NCBI GenBank assembly: GCA_001724265.1
Contig: MEDY01000362.1
Location: 1-45,957, forward strand
Length of the DNA: 45,957 bases
Direction: 5' to 3'
Source: Rhizaria sp. SCN 62-66
Lineage: Eukaryota
This document shows positions 1-12,500 of the stretch, in pieces. How positions within the stretch are numbered: position 1 is the first letter of the stretch; each line of letters begins with the position of its first letter. The notes below the pieces were generated by a model. It was given only the letters and a program-made list of their open reading frames with translations. It was not told the DNA's origin and made no database searches. Position numbers and translations under genes: made by a program.

Positions 1-833
1 TAATTCGAATTATATTCAGATAACAGATACTTTAAACACAGAAAACACACACTTTAAAGACAGAATCCTTCTGTGTGTGTTCACAGAAAACACCACCCTT
101 GTATCCATAGCTTGGTAGGTCGTTGGGTGCCGTTTCTCTGTGGTTTTCTTGTGAGAGAGTCCCTTTATGTGACATCTCGCGCGTAACACAGCTGTACCTC
201 TGCAGATACCTTGCTAGGGGGTAACGCAAGACATGGCTTGTCTCAACGTTGCACCAGCTGCATTGTTGTCCGGAACACGTCTTCATTCTGCACGCAGGAG
301 CATTAAGGCATCAGCACTCCGCGCCTCAGTGGCGGTAAGAACGTTTTGTCTCAACTAGCAACGTCAACATGACGGGTCCGCGACGAGGTTTGTTAAGAGT
401 CTTTTTTTCATGTTGACTTCAGAGGCGACATTCTAACCTGTGCAGTTTCGGTCAATGCAGATTAACGTTCGCTGTCGAGCTGGAGTTTGTAGATCTAGCT
501 GAATTATGAACACAATCAGTGCGCTGTGCACATTTACTATCTAATTGGTGTTTTTATCGGTCTTAACGGTGCTACTCCTGAGATTGGTTTCTTTTTGACT
601 CATTCTCCGGAAAGCACGACTGCCCCACTACAAAACTCTGCTTAAAAACACCTAGTTGCACCCAATAGCATCACAACTAACACGGCTAGCGGCAATTAAT
701 AAAGATCACAACGTTGATGTTATTGAATTCCTTGAAAACACTGGTCGTTTACGTTAAATTCTGCATCCAACTAATTCCCTCCCATCCTCCTTCTCTGTTT
801 CCGTGCACCTTTTCCAACGTGTCCCGGCTCAGC

Positions 834-3823
834 ATGGCAAGTACACTCTCAGAATGTACATTTTGCGGTAGTGCCATTAGCACTCCTGCAGGGAGTCGCC
901 CTGCGCGCATCTGCGACGCCTGTTTTCAGGTCCGTGTTCATTTCCTTCCAGCCCACCTGCCCTGGTTTACCACACGCGCACCTCCTGACCGCCATTGACT
1001 TGACAAACATTCACAAAACCAAGCCGCATCTCCTCACTAGCTACCCACACGCCCATTTTATCTCTTAAACGCAGTCTGAGAACGAGCTTCGCGGCTCAAC
1101 CACTCCCGCAACAGCTAAGTCAGCATCGTCATCATCAGCTAGCTCAAGCCTCACAGCCTCTGCAGCCGCAGCAGCAACACAAACCGCGCGCACCCCCAAC
1201 GTATGTCATCTAGTTAAATGGACACGCCATGTTGCTATATCCACTAGAGCGCCCTTGTTGCTTGGAATGACAATTACCATCCCTCAGAATTCTCGCCCCC
1301 ACATCACTCACAGACTCGTTCGCTAAGCTTTGCCATCTGCTCGCTTCTCCGCACTCACATGCACCCACACAGTTCTGCCACAAGCACGGCGAGCCCGTGC
1401 CCTTGACGTACTGGTGCGACACCTGCTCGTCGGTCTTTTGCGCCCACTGTGGCGTCCTCAACGGCGACCACAGCGGCCACGTCTGCCGCACCGTCGCCGA
1501 CAAGCACGCCGAACTCCGCACCCACGCTGCCACGCTCACCCCGCGCATCGCCACACTGGCCGCGCAGCTCAAGGACGAGACCGCGCGTACCACCATGCTC
1601 CGCGACCGCGCTGAAGTGCTGCAAACCGAGCTGCAGATGCGCGCTGCATCGTTTAGCGAGCTCGCAGTTGCGCCGTACATCGCGCAGCTGGAGTTGCTCA
1701 AGACGTTCATGTCGCAGACGGCGGCGCGCGAGGCTAAGGCGCTGGTAAGTGCCAAAAAGACTCTCTCGGCCGTTGACGACTTTAAAGATGCTTTGAGCGT
1801 CGCCAGGTTACACCGTGTTCTGACCCGCCCGCCCGATGGTAGCAACAACAACAGCAACAACAACAACTGCAACGGCGGTTCAGAGAGTGGTGAAATGCGG
1901 ACTCTGGCCCGCACACCGTGGGCCACCGCGCGCGCCGCCTTTGAGGCCTCGCTTGCGGATGCTGTGGAAACGGTCACCCCGCGCACCGCCGTCTGCGAGG
2001 TCGACGTGCCGCTCTCCGCTCTGGCCTCGCCCGCGGCCGCTGTGGAGCTGGGCACGGCGGAGCTGTGCGGCGTGGCGTTCGTCTGCCGCGTCCGCCGCGG
2101 CTGCAGCTGCGGCACTGCGCCGCTGTTGCTGCAAACAAACCCGCAGAGCAGCGCATCCAGCGCAAGTGCCAGTGCCAGCGCCAGCGCCAGTGTCAGCGCC
2201 ATCGAGTGTGCCAGTGCGAGCGCGAGTGTTAGCGAGAGCGTTGCCGCTGCTGTAGAGGGCGCGGATGCGAGCCGCGCGCTCGCGCTCTGTGCCTGCGCAA
2301 TCGTGGGCGAAATCGAAGCGCGCACTGCGTCGGACGCCATTGCGCTGCGGTATAACGAGTGCGCGGCGCGTGTCAAGGCCGTTGCAGAGCTTATCGACAC
2401 TGGCGACGACGCCGACGATGGCGAAGACGGCAGTGGTCGTGCTTGCAGCAGTGCTTCAGTTACCAAGGATGTTGTGTTTGGCACGGTTTGCGCCGAGTTT
2501 GCGCTTGTTAACCCCCCTGACGCCGCCGCCACCGCCGCCGCTGCCGCTGGTGCTGCTGCTGTTGCTGCTGTTAACCAGGCTTTCCCCAAGTGCAATGTAC
2601 TCCTCACGGACCCGAACAAACGTGTTGCCGGAGTCGCGCTCGCTAAGTATGCTGATCTTAGCTCTGCGTACGGTCACAGCGGCGACGGCACTGCGAGTGC
2701 GGTGCGTGTCCGCTGCGCAATCGCGTTTCCTGACGTGTTTCACCAAGCGCGCGCGCTACAGCTGTGCGTGGACGCTATGGCGGTTGAGTTTGTTGCCGCG
2801 CAGCAGGCGCTGGCACAGGGCAGCGCTGCGGCTGAGATGGCGCTGGCGGGCAGTCGGCGGGAGACGCAGAAGATGCGGATCCGCGTTGAGATGATGGAGG
2901 AAATGCAACAGTTTGTTCGGTCAGAAGAGACAACACGAAAGGCGCTAATGAATTTTTTAAATGCGCATGTTGAAATCGTGCAAAGGGACGGCGGTTATTT
3001 TTTACGGTGCACCTGCACTTCGTCACGGTGTCAAACCTGGGGATCGCCACATTCTTCTGCGGTCCACATCAATGTTGAACCGTCGGCAACTGTACTGCTG
3101 AAACTGCAAGAAATCGCGCGCGAATGCGTCATTGCTGATGCCCGCAAAGCTTTAGACGAGCTGAAAATGACCTCCGATGTCATTATGATTGCACACTTGA
3201 GATCTCGAATTTTTACCCTTGTAATTCGGCCTGACGATGAAAATGCTCCTTCTAACGCTGCGCACTTCCGTACGGCTGCCGCTCAAACTCGTCTGTGTCA
3301 ACTGATTCACAAGTGCTATGCGCCCCCCAACCAATTTGCGTCCACTCTACCATTCATTACAATGTCAAAAGAGTGTAGCACAAGGCCGATAACAGTGCCC
3401 GTCGGAGACCTTCTTTATGGAGAGAACAGCCTTTTGTCAACAACTGCTGCCTCAGATCCAGATATTGTTATCGAACACGTGTATCCCAGCGGAACTGTGC
3501 TGATGTGCGCTCGCGCCGTGCCAAACTTTCAAGTCGTCAAACAAAGCGGTTCAGCCAACACGAACAACACGAATCTCGAAGGATGTGACAATCCCACTGG
3601 TACGTCTGACACGCCATGGTTCATTGTCATCGAGGCCTGTGCCGCAAAGCTCCTCCCCGGCGGCGCTGTCCCCGTCGGCCGTGTGATGTCGTGCGTTGAG
3701 GCACAGACCCCGGCTACTGAGGACTTTGGTGACGCGCCTTTCACCCCGTTTAACTCTGAGTGGACTCGAACGTATTGTCATGGTGTGACGAGTATTGCAT
3801 TTGCCAAGTTTTGGTCTCGGTGA
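834..3823 (+). CDS. B-box zinc-finger/coiled-coil protein, TRIM37-like with a probable degenerate MATH domain; exons 834-929, 1075-1200, 1373-3823; ~890 aa
   Basis: ATG at 834 (MASTLSECTFCG...CDAC). GT-AG introns 930-1074 (gtccgt) and 1201-1372 (gtatgt) keep frame into ORF 1397-3823. B-box2 pattern CHKH...YWCDTC...CAHC...HSGH is followed by a coiled coil. Segments 'LCGVAFVCRVRRG' and 'VRVRCAIAFPDVFHQAR' recall the TRIM37 MATH region by eye. Stop TGA. Confidence 0.7.
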
Positions 3824-4253
3824 GTGCTGTGTTGTGCGTTACCCTCAGGTCTAGTCTTGCTTTCTGCCACTGGCAGTCCTTTACTTGTTGGCAGTCCTCT
3901 ACTTGTCCCATCTCAGCCGCATTTGTCGCAGCCGTAGTTGCGCGTCCAAGTGAAGCGATCTCAGTGGCAGCTGCAGTTACCGCCGTTGCAGTTCGAACAA
4001 GTCATTGTAAGCGATTCTTTGATGGATCTGCAATCTGTGAGCTTTCATCGTGCAACCTCAACACATTTTTTTAAATTAATATCCACAATGTGTATTTTAT
4101 CTTACAATGTTGACCACACAAACAAAAACATTACAAAAAAAACAAACACATTTTAAACAAAAACAAACGCAGTCTTTCCAACGACAACTCTGTTTCTTTC
4201 AAGAAGACTTTCGACGACTCAAACTTCACAAGACGTTATTTGTTTGCTGTCGC

Positions 4254-6760
4254 TCAGTACTCCTTGGGCGGGGGCACGACGAAGCGGTGCGCGAGCTTGG
4301 CTAGCGCGCGCGCCCAGCAGGGGTACGGCAGCGACCCGTCGGCCTCGGCCGTCACGACCTTGCTCTCACACTCACCTGCGCTGCCGCTGCGGGCACTGCC
4401 CACAGCCACAGCGGGGGCGGTCTGAGCGGCAGCGGCGGCCCTCTGCTGGTCTTGCTGCTGCTGGCGCACGTAGGCGTAGGCCGCGCAGCCGGCGATGGTG
4501 GCCACGGTGCCGGCAGCGGTGGCCGCCGAGACGTCGTTGCGGTACACGACCCAGCCCAAGAGCGACTGGAGGGTTGCCTTGGCCGTGCCGGAGACGTTAT
4601 GGGTCAGCGCCGAGGTGTACTGGAGCTGCAGCATGGTGGCCAGGGAGAGGAGGTACGCTGCCAGCGCGACGGCGGCGGCGGCGAGCCAGAAGGGCGCCGC
4701 GGAGGCAGCGAGGGGGGGGATAGCGGCCTTGATCCCGGGGGTGGCGAGCAGGACGAGGCCCAAGAGGGCCGTGGCGTTGGCGTTGACGTAGCCGACGAGG
4801 GCGGCGTTGGAGACCGGGAGCGCGGACATGGCGCGCTTGATCATGAGGGAGTACAGCGACAGGAGCAGGGAGCCGAGGACGCCATAGGCAAGGCCCCAGA
4901 GCGGGGCGCTCACGCTCACGCCACCGCAGCCAGTTACCGCGGCATGCGCAGTCGCAGCGGCGGCGGTGGACAGGCCGAGGTTGGTGGCGGCGGCAGAGAC
5001 GGCAGCGGCGACGGCCGGGAAGCGGGCCGCGGTGGCGGGGATGAGGCACGTGGTCGCAAGAGTGCGGACCTCTGTGAGGACCGTGGGGACGGCGCCGTCG
5101 CAGGCCAGCGCGTAGCCGCCGGCGATAATGAGGCAGCAGAGCGTTTCCTTAAAAGTGGGGCGGGCGCCGAAGAGGGCCGCGGCCAGGAGGATGTTGAATA
5201 CAACGGTCCAGGCGCGGGCAACCTATCGGAGTACGCGCAAACGATAAAATAGAGTAGATATAGCATGAGATAGAAGAGTTCTGGGGTGAAAATTGAATTT
5301 TCTTTTCAAAAGGTAAATAAATCAACATTAATCAACTCTCGAATCATGATATATCAATGTTATGAAAAACAACAATTAATAGAGAAATCGAGTTCTTTCT
5401 CTTCCTAGTTATACTGTCAACGTACTTGGTAGAAGGAGATGTGGACGTATGCGAGACAGAGGTTATTTGCGAGCAGCAGCAGCACAAACACAACCGACAC
5501 GGGCAGCGTGTGCAGCGCAGCGGGGAGCGACAAGTTAAGCCGCGGGAAGAGCTTAATGAGCGCAGGGCAGCCCGAGAACGAGGCGATGGCGCCCGCGATA
5601 GCGGTGAGCGCGACGGCGGCGACGAGCTGGGTCCAGGTGACAAACAGGGTCAGCTCGGGCAGCGCGGCCGTGCCGACCCCAGAGCCAGAGAGACCGGTGG
5701 CGCCAGTGAGGGAGGTTGCGGAGAAGAGGGCCTTGTTGAGGAAGACGACGAGGAGCGAGGTGACAAAGTAGAAGGCTACAACCGCGGCCACCGTAGCGCG
5801 CGGGGGCAGCGCCGACATGCACGACAGCGCGCGGGCAATGACGCCTCCGTGGTGGGGATCGGAGGAAAAAGGGCAGCCCGAGGCGGGAGCGTAGGCGGCG
5901 GGGTACGCGGCGGCGCTCGTGTCGAGGGTCAGAGACGCGATGCTACTGGCACTGCCACTGCCGTACGAGTGCGACTGAGACTGCGAGTGATAGGGCAACT
6001 GCGGCTGGGGCTTCGAAGGGGTGGCCGCGGGGGGACGCATGCGGAGGTGCTTCGCCGAGTAGCCCTCACCGCCACTCGGTGCAGCGGCAGAGCCCGTGTA
6101 GCCGGGAGTGTGGTTGTCGAGGTCCGAGTCCGAGTCGTTGGCGTCGTAGTCGCGGTCGTCATCGCCATAGAGAGGAGCCGGGGGCTGCTGCGAGCGCGAG
6201 CGAGAACGGGTCGTACGACCCGTAGCGGCGGCGGCGGCGGCGGTGGTGGTGGGGGCAGCGGCGGAGCCCTTTCTGGAGGTGGCATTTGAGATGCGGTAGC
6301 GGCCGCCGCGGGGGCCTTGCTCCTGCTCGGCCTCATCGTCGTCGTTGTCGCTGTCGGAGACGGGGAGCGCGGCGCGGGAGCGGGAACGGGATCGAGTCAC
6401 ACGGCTAGAGCCAGAGCCAGCAGATGCGGTGGCGGCTGAGGCGCGGGGGGGGCGGGCGGGGGTGGCGTCCTTGTTTTTATTCGCAGCGGCGGCGGCGGTC
6501 GCAGCCTTGGAGCGGGAGGCGGCCTTGCTGGGCGTCGGCTCGGGCTCGGCGGCGGCGGTGCGGCCGCGGGAGCTGGAGCGGTTGCGGGCAGACCGGGACG
6601 CAGCAGTGGCGGTGACGCGGGCGGGGGTGGGGGCAGAGGGACGCGCGCGGGAGCGGGAGCGGGAGCTGGAGCGGGTGCGTTTGGAGGCGGCGGCTTTGGA
6701 TGCGGCGGCGGGGCGCGCGGGGGAGCGGGAGGAGGAGCGGCCGCGGGGACGGGGAGGCAT
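4254..6760 (-). CDS. SLC35C1: GDP-fucose transporter-like nucleotide-sugar transporter (SLC35C1 family) with a ~320-aa Arg/Ser-rich N-terminal extension; exons 6760-5426, 5222-4254; ~767 aa
   Basis: Motifs 'YFVTSLLVVFLNK', 'LFVTWTQ', 'NNLCLAYVHISFYQVARAWTVVFN' (restored across intron 5425-5223, gtacgt...tag) and 'TSALTHNVSGTAKA' match SLC35C1-type transporters. Stop TGA. Confidence 0.85.
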
Positions 6761-7458
6761 CTCTTTCTCTGCAGCTGCGACAGCGGAGGCAACAGCAACA
6801 GCAGCAGCAGAACAACAGCAGGAAAAAGTGTAACGAGGTGAACAAGTGTTAAATGTGTAGCATACGTAAGAATTGTGCTTAAACAGCGCGCCACAGAAAG
6901 AACAAAGCTTAGGAGACGCTAGTGAAGCGAAGATAAACATTGCGTGCCGAGGCCGACGATAACGGAGACTACTGAGGGACTTGAAACAAGAATTTCATGG
7001 CTTAAACATTCGGCTGTTGCAGAATAGTTAAAAGCAAAGATGTGCTGTCATAATTTAATACTATTCATGCTCATAAGAACTCCTGCCTTCGACTGCGTAA
7101 ACGTGCCACAAGCTCGATAATGTTCGCGCCCAAAGCTCGGCACACCATGCACCCACCGGTCAGCAAAGCCACGTTGCATAAATCATGAATGCTTTCTTGT
7201 TGATAGCCACCACGAAGCGTAACAAGCGCGATTCCTCAGTATGTGATTATACAATATGTGTTCTATTAATATCTATCATTATTATTTCCACTTGTGAAAT
7301 TATATCTCGTCATTGTGTTAAACTAGTCAAACAATCACGGCAACATAGACTCGATACTTAACGCATCAGTTACGCAGCAAGCTTTTCCTTCTCATAATTA
7401 CCTGAAACGTGCACGAATCACCGCATGCTTCACTATCTCTCCCTCATAGTTCAAATAT

Positions 7459-8711
7459 TTACATAGGGAGAGACATCTTGGTGCCGTCGATTTGCGCCTT
7501 AAGGTAATACCAGAAGAAGTCGCAGTAGATGGCCGTCTGGACCAGGCCCGCAATCCACACGATCCAGTTGGAGTAGCCCTTTTCGGTGCAGAGGCGGTAG
7601 ATCCAGTTGAGCAGGTACAGCGCGCGGTAGCCGCCGAGGGCGAAGACGTAGTGCGAGGACAGGGTGTCGACGAAACCACCAGTCTCGCGGGCCTGTATTC
7701 CAGCAAGCCGAGACGAGACAGAAAACAAGTGAGAGAGAATGAGTGAGCGTGAAAGTTTGGGACACAAGAGTAAAATGAGCATAAATTGAACATCATGTAG
7801 TACTGTTCCATCATATGACTTAATAGCACAAATATATGTTGTTTTAGCTTTCTAGCAATAGCAACAAATGCAGTATAAGCCAGCAAATTGTTGCTGTTGT
7901 TTGAAACACGAACCCCAACACCTAACAAATCACCGAAAACATAAACCGCGTTTAAATCACTGCAATTGCGTTGAATACGCCGCAATTAAGAGAGATATAG
8001 AAAGAGAGAGTGTTTGTGTGACGTACGTGCTTGTGGACGACGATGAGCTGAGGGATGATGGCGACGGCCTCGAGGTAGATCGAGAAGGTCCAGAGCACTT
8101 CGAACACCGAGAGCTGCTCGTTAACGAAGCAGGCGAGCAGTAGCGAAGGCACGATGAGGAAAAGGACGTTGAAGTCGTCGAACGAGGGGTCGTAGGTCTT
8201 GCAGTACGGTGACTGAAACTTCATGACGTAGATGATGACGAGGGAGAGAGTGATGAAAACGACCTTCATGACCCAGTTGTACAGGGAAGCAAAGTTCCAG
8301 AACAGGTCGATGTAGCGCGTGAGGAACACGAGTGCGTACAGGGCCTAAAGGGGATCCGGTTGTGATTAGGAACAAAGCAGCGGAAGGGTTAGTATGACGA
8401 CACGAAAGAGAAACAAGTGCAATGAAATGAGGAGCAAAGAAGGGGTATATGTGAGCCTCATAATTCAAAACTAATGTTATAGTGTTAAAACTAGTTCACC
8501 TGTGTGCTAGTAAGAAAAAGTGCCGAGGAATAAAGATATAAGCGAGATATCTTAAAATAAAGGAGTTGGTTGAAGGAGTGGTGTGTTTAAGACGGACCTG
8601 AGTCTTGAGCGAGACGCCTTTGACAGAGCGGGTCGAGTACATCTTGAGGAGAAGAATAAAGAAAGACGCGAGGTGAAGAAGATCACCCGCGTAGCGGAAC
8701 ACGTTGAACAT
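7459..8711 (-). CDS. ERD2: ER lumen protein-retaining (KDEL/HDEL) receptor; exons 8711-8598, 8344-8027, 7692-7459; 221 aa
   Basis: MFNVFRYAGDLLHL..., 'GVSLKTQ', 'VFLTRYIDLF', 'WTFSIYLEAVAIIPQL', 'HYVFALGGYRALYLLNWIYR' and 'QTAIYCDFF'. Two phase-0 GT-AG introns. Stop TAA. Confidence 0.95.
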
Positions 8712-9552
8712 GGTGGCAACGGTGGGGGCAGTGCAGCAGCAGCCAGTCGAGTTTGCGAACGGGAGCTTGAGTGAGGGTGAAAAGCTTGGTCTATATAAAG
8801 GCAAAGAGTATTAGCAAGAGGACAATAAAGTTAGCCAAGAGTGAAGATACAAAAGGGAAGAAGTCTTGGTATGAAAACAGAGCTAAAGAGAGACAGGGAC
8901 GGGAGTTGGAGGTTGATTAATGGGAAGCCAAGGTGACGTTGCTGGGTTTCAAAGGACGAAGGTGAAGCTCGACCAAGACGGCACTCTATGGGCGTCAAAA
9001 ATGAAGAATCCAAGCATACTTGTTGTATATTTCCCCTAAATCTCACTAACAGTGTGTACTGACGAGCGCAAGACCATGATCTGGCTGTGTCAGCAGCCCA
9101 CAGCAATAGATCACCTGGACGACTGTGAGCTCCGGTTGGTCGAGTCAGTGATCAAAAAGTGACCGTGTACAGTGCCATTTGGTCAAAACTGGAGAAGGCT
9201 AAGCCAAGCCGCCCCCTTGGCTCGGGTCTGCTCGGGGATCAATATCTCCGTTCCCTCATCGTCAAACGCGTCATAAATGCTTGAAATAGTGCATACCCGT
9301 GTTATTATATCTTGCCCAAAACTTACCACTGCTAAAAATGCCTGCTTCCCCTTCAAACTTGCCACTCCAACAGTCGCTTAGGGTTCCTTTGTGTGGCAGC
9401 TTAAACGCAGTACCCCCCTCTGCTTATCCCCTTCCAGCGGCGGCTTCTTTCCACCTCCGCAGCCGGAAACGCGCGTGCGGGCCCTGTATTTTGGCCTTTC
9501 AGCCTGTTGCCTGGTTTTTGCGCTCTCACCTCGCTTCCACGCCTCTGCCTCG

Positions 9553-12500
9553 ATGGGTTTCCGTCCCTGGTCCTTCGTGGTGGCCCTCGCTGTGGCCGTC
9601 TCACTCGCCGCAGCCACTGCAACTGGTTCTGCGCCGCCGCCTGGTGTGACTGCCCCGCGTTGGGAGATGCACTCTGTTTCCACCGCTCCCAATTCTTTCC
9701 TGGCCAGCTTCTCCCCTCTGCTCGTCTCGGTGGCGTCCACCCTCACTGCGCCCTTCACCACCGCTGCCGCCACCGGCAACACTGCTACTGATGCTTCATC
9801 GTCGCTGTCTTTCGCTGACTCCGTCGCTGCTGCCGCGCACACCAAGCACTCCCGTCCCCCGCGCCCCGCCCGTAGCAACTTTGCTGCTCAGGCCATCGCG
9901 AACAACGCTAAGACGAACCATGCTGTTGAGAGTGGATTCTCTTTACAATCCATCGCCGTCTCCGCCGTGACGTCCATGGCCTCTCTCTCCGCCTCCGTTG
10001 CCTCCACCCTGGCTTCGACCCGCGCTTCCTACTCTGAGCCCGCTCCCTTGCGCGCCAAACTCGTGACCGACGACATCAACTGCTCCGCGGGCCTCTGCCG
10101 CAGCGGCATTAACGTGCTGCATGACTCCCCGCGTCCGTACTCGAACGGCCAGACACACATCCCCATGTCGCTCATCGAGATGGACTTTTCCAGTTCTGAC
10201 TCCACGAATTACCTCACGGGACTCGCGGTCATCGGTGCCGGTATCCCTCTGCTCTTCGCCATCCTGACCATCATCTCCTGCTGCTCCTTCTGTTGTGCCC
10301 GCTCGTGCTGCAACTGCTGCGGCCAGCGGGTCGCCACACAAAAGTACTCGGCCAAGTCCGTCTTTTGGGTCAAGGTCGGCCTTGCAGTCTGGCTTGCTGC
10401 TATGATCGTCGTCACCGTGCTCGCGGTGTACCTCAACCACGCCATGTCCTCGGGCCTCAACGCCACCGTCGACGCCGGTGACGCGACGGCCTGGCACATC
10501 GAAGCCCTGTCCTCCTCCGTCGCCGCCGTGGCCGAGCCGGTCCGCATGCGCGCGGACCAGCTCGCTGCCGTCGACGCCATTCTCACGTCGCTGCCTCTTA
10601 CCGCCGAGGCCGACGAAGTGCGGACGTGCTTCAGCGCCCACTCGTCTCCGGTGCTCAACGCGCAGGGCACGGCCGCCGTAGCCGTCCGCAGCGTCCCCGT
10701 CTCCGCCGCGGCCCAGCTGAGCGGTCTCCCGCAGGCCGCCGCCGCGCTCACGCCGCCCGCCCGCGCCGCCGCAGCCCTGCTGGCCTCCCGGTCAGATCTC
10801 TACGACACGAGTGCGGGCACAGCCGCGCAGCGGTTCAACCTCGCCAGCTCCGTGCTCTACGATGTCAAGACGTACAACGTGCTCGCCGTGGTGAACACCA
10901 CCAACGCCGCGGCGTTTTTCGACAACGCCGCCAACGCAGCGCTGCGGGCCCGGATCGGCTCGGCCCACGCGCTCACTCTGGCGGCCTCGCTCGACGCGCC
11001 GACCACCGAGGCGCCGTCGAGCGGGTCCGTGCGCGCGTACTCGAGCCTTATCACAGCGCTGAAGAACAACGCCAACGTGGACCCGAACTACGTGCAGACG
11101 GCGCTTGCCGGCATGTCGTCGGCGTCCCCGCTGGATAAGGGCACCTGTGACACGGTTGTGTCAAAGCTCACCGCTATCAAGGCCCTCTACGACGCCGTCA
11201 CGGCTGTGGAGACGAATTACCTGGGCAGTGAGTCCTCGTCGACCTGGGTGCGCGCCACCTTCTCCCCCGCTTATACGACCCTGTGGCAGTCCGCCGATAT
11301 CGCCGACAAACAGCTCAGCGCGACGCAGACCGCCGCCGTTGACGCTAACACTGCCGTCAAAGCCAACGCGCGCGCCGTCCTTATCGCGCTCGAGCGGCTT
11401 GACTTTTCCTCCGACGCCACGCAGTTCCCTTTTGCCGCCGCTGTCGTCCGGGCCGTGGCCACGCTGCGGGCCGCGCTCATGGCCGTCGACTCGCACGCCA
11501 CCACGTTCACTACGGCCATCAGCACGTTCAACACCGAGCTGACCAACTTGCATGACTCGTCGAGCGGCGCGACGCTGATCGACAACCCGCTCAAGCAAGG
11601 GTTGGACACCGCCGCCGCGGCCCCGGCTGCCAACATGGCCGCTGCCGACTGCATGCCCGACTCGCTGGGGACCATTCAGACTGCGGCCGCCGCGCTGGGG
11701 TCGATGCCCAGCCCGCTCGACACGACGTTGCAGCCCGCGCTGCCGGCGCTTAAGGCCCAGTTCGCGCTGGCGGCAGCCTGGGACGACGCCCTCACCGCGT
11801 TCGCCAGGGCTGTCACTGCGGCGCAGACGGCGCTCGCCAGCGCCAGCGCCAGCGCGGCGGCATCCAAACGCAACTACACCCAAATGGCGGCGTCGACCCA
11901 GGCGATGGGTATCCAGTTGAACACCAGCTCCGCCAACGCAGTGGCAGTTGACGCGGCGGCCGCGGCGGCTACGCAGGTTGTGACTGCCGCGCGGCTTATG
12001 CTCACGCCGACGCTGCTGGCCGCGTACAACACCACGTACAGCGTGCTGTCGAGCGCGCTGACGGCCAGCACCACGGCCTTGTCGGCGAGCACCGCGCTGA
12101 CTTCCGTCAACACCTACTTCACCGACGTCATGACGGCCGTGACGGACGTGCGCAGTGCGCTCACGGCCACGGCGTCGCACGTCGCGGCCACCCTGGCGGC
12201 CGTCGACTGCACCCGCGCGGCCACCAGCGGCGGCGACGGCTTCGCGGGCGTGTCGTCGGTCTCTCTCTCTGTGCTCGCCTCCAGTACGGGCGGGCTGCGT
12301 CTGCTGGTACCCTTCACTGCTACGGGCGCGCAGACCGGCATCACCAAGACGGCGACGGCGCTGACGAATTTCTCCTCCGCAGTTGCCCAGTTTAGCTCGC
12401 AATCGCCGTCGCTGTCCGCGTTGTCGGACGCGGCGACTGCGATGGCGCCCTTTTCGGCCGACGCACTGCCCGCAAGCCCCACGTCGCTGGCGAGAGACGT

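Noticed and set aside
3820-3825. gtgagt overlapping the TGA of the first gene, a possible splice donor extending the CDS
   Set aside because: It does not match the GT[A/C][C/T]G donors used in this window, and no convincing downstream exon was found.
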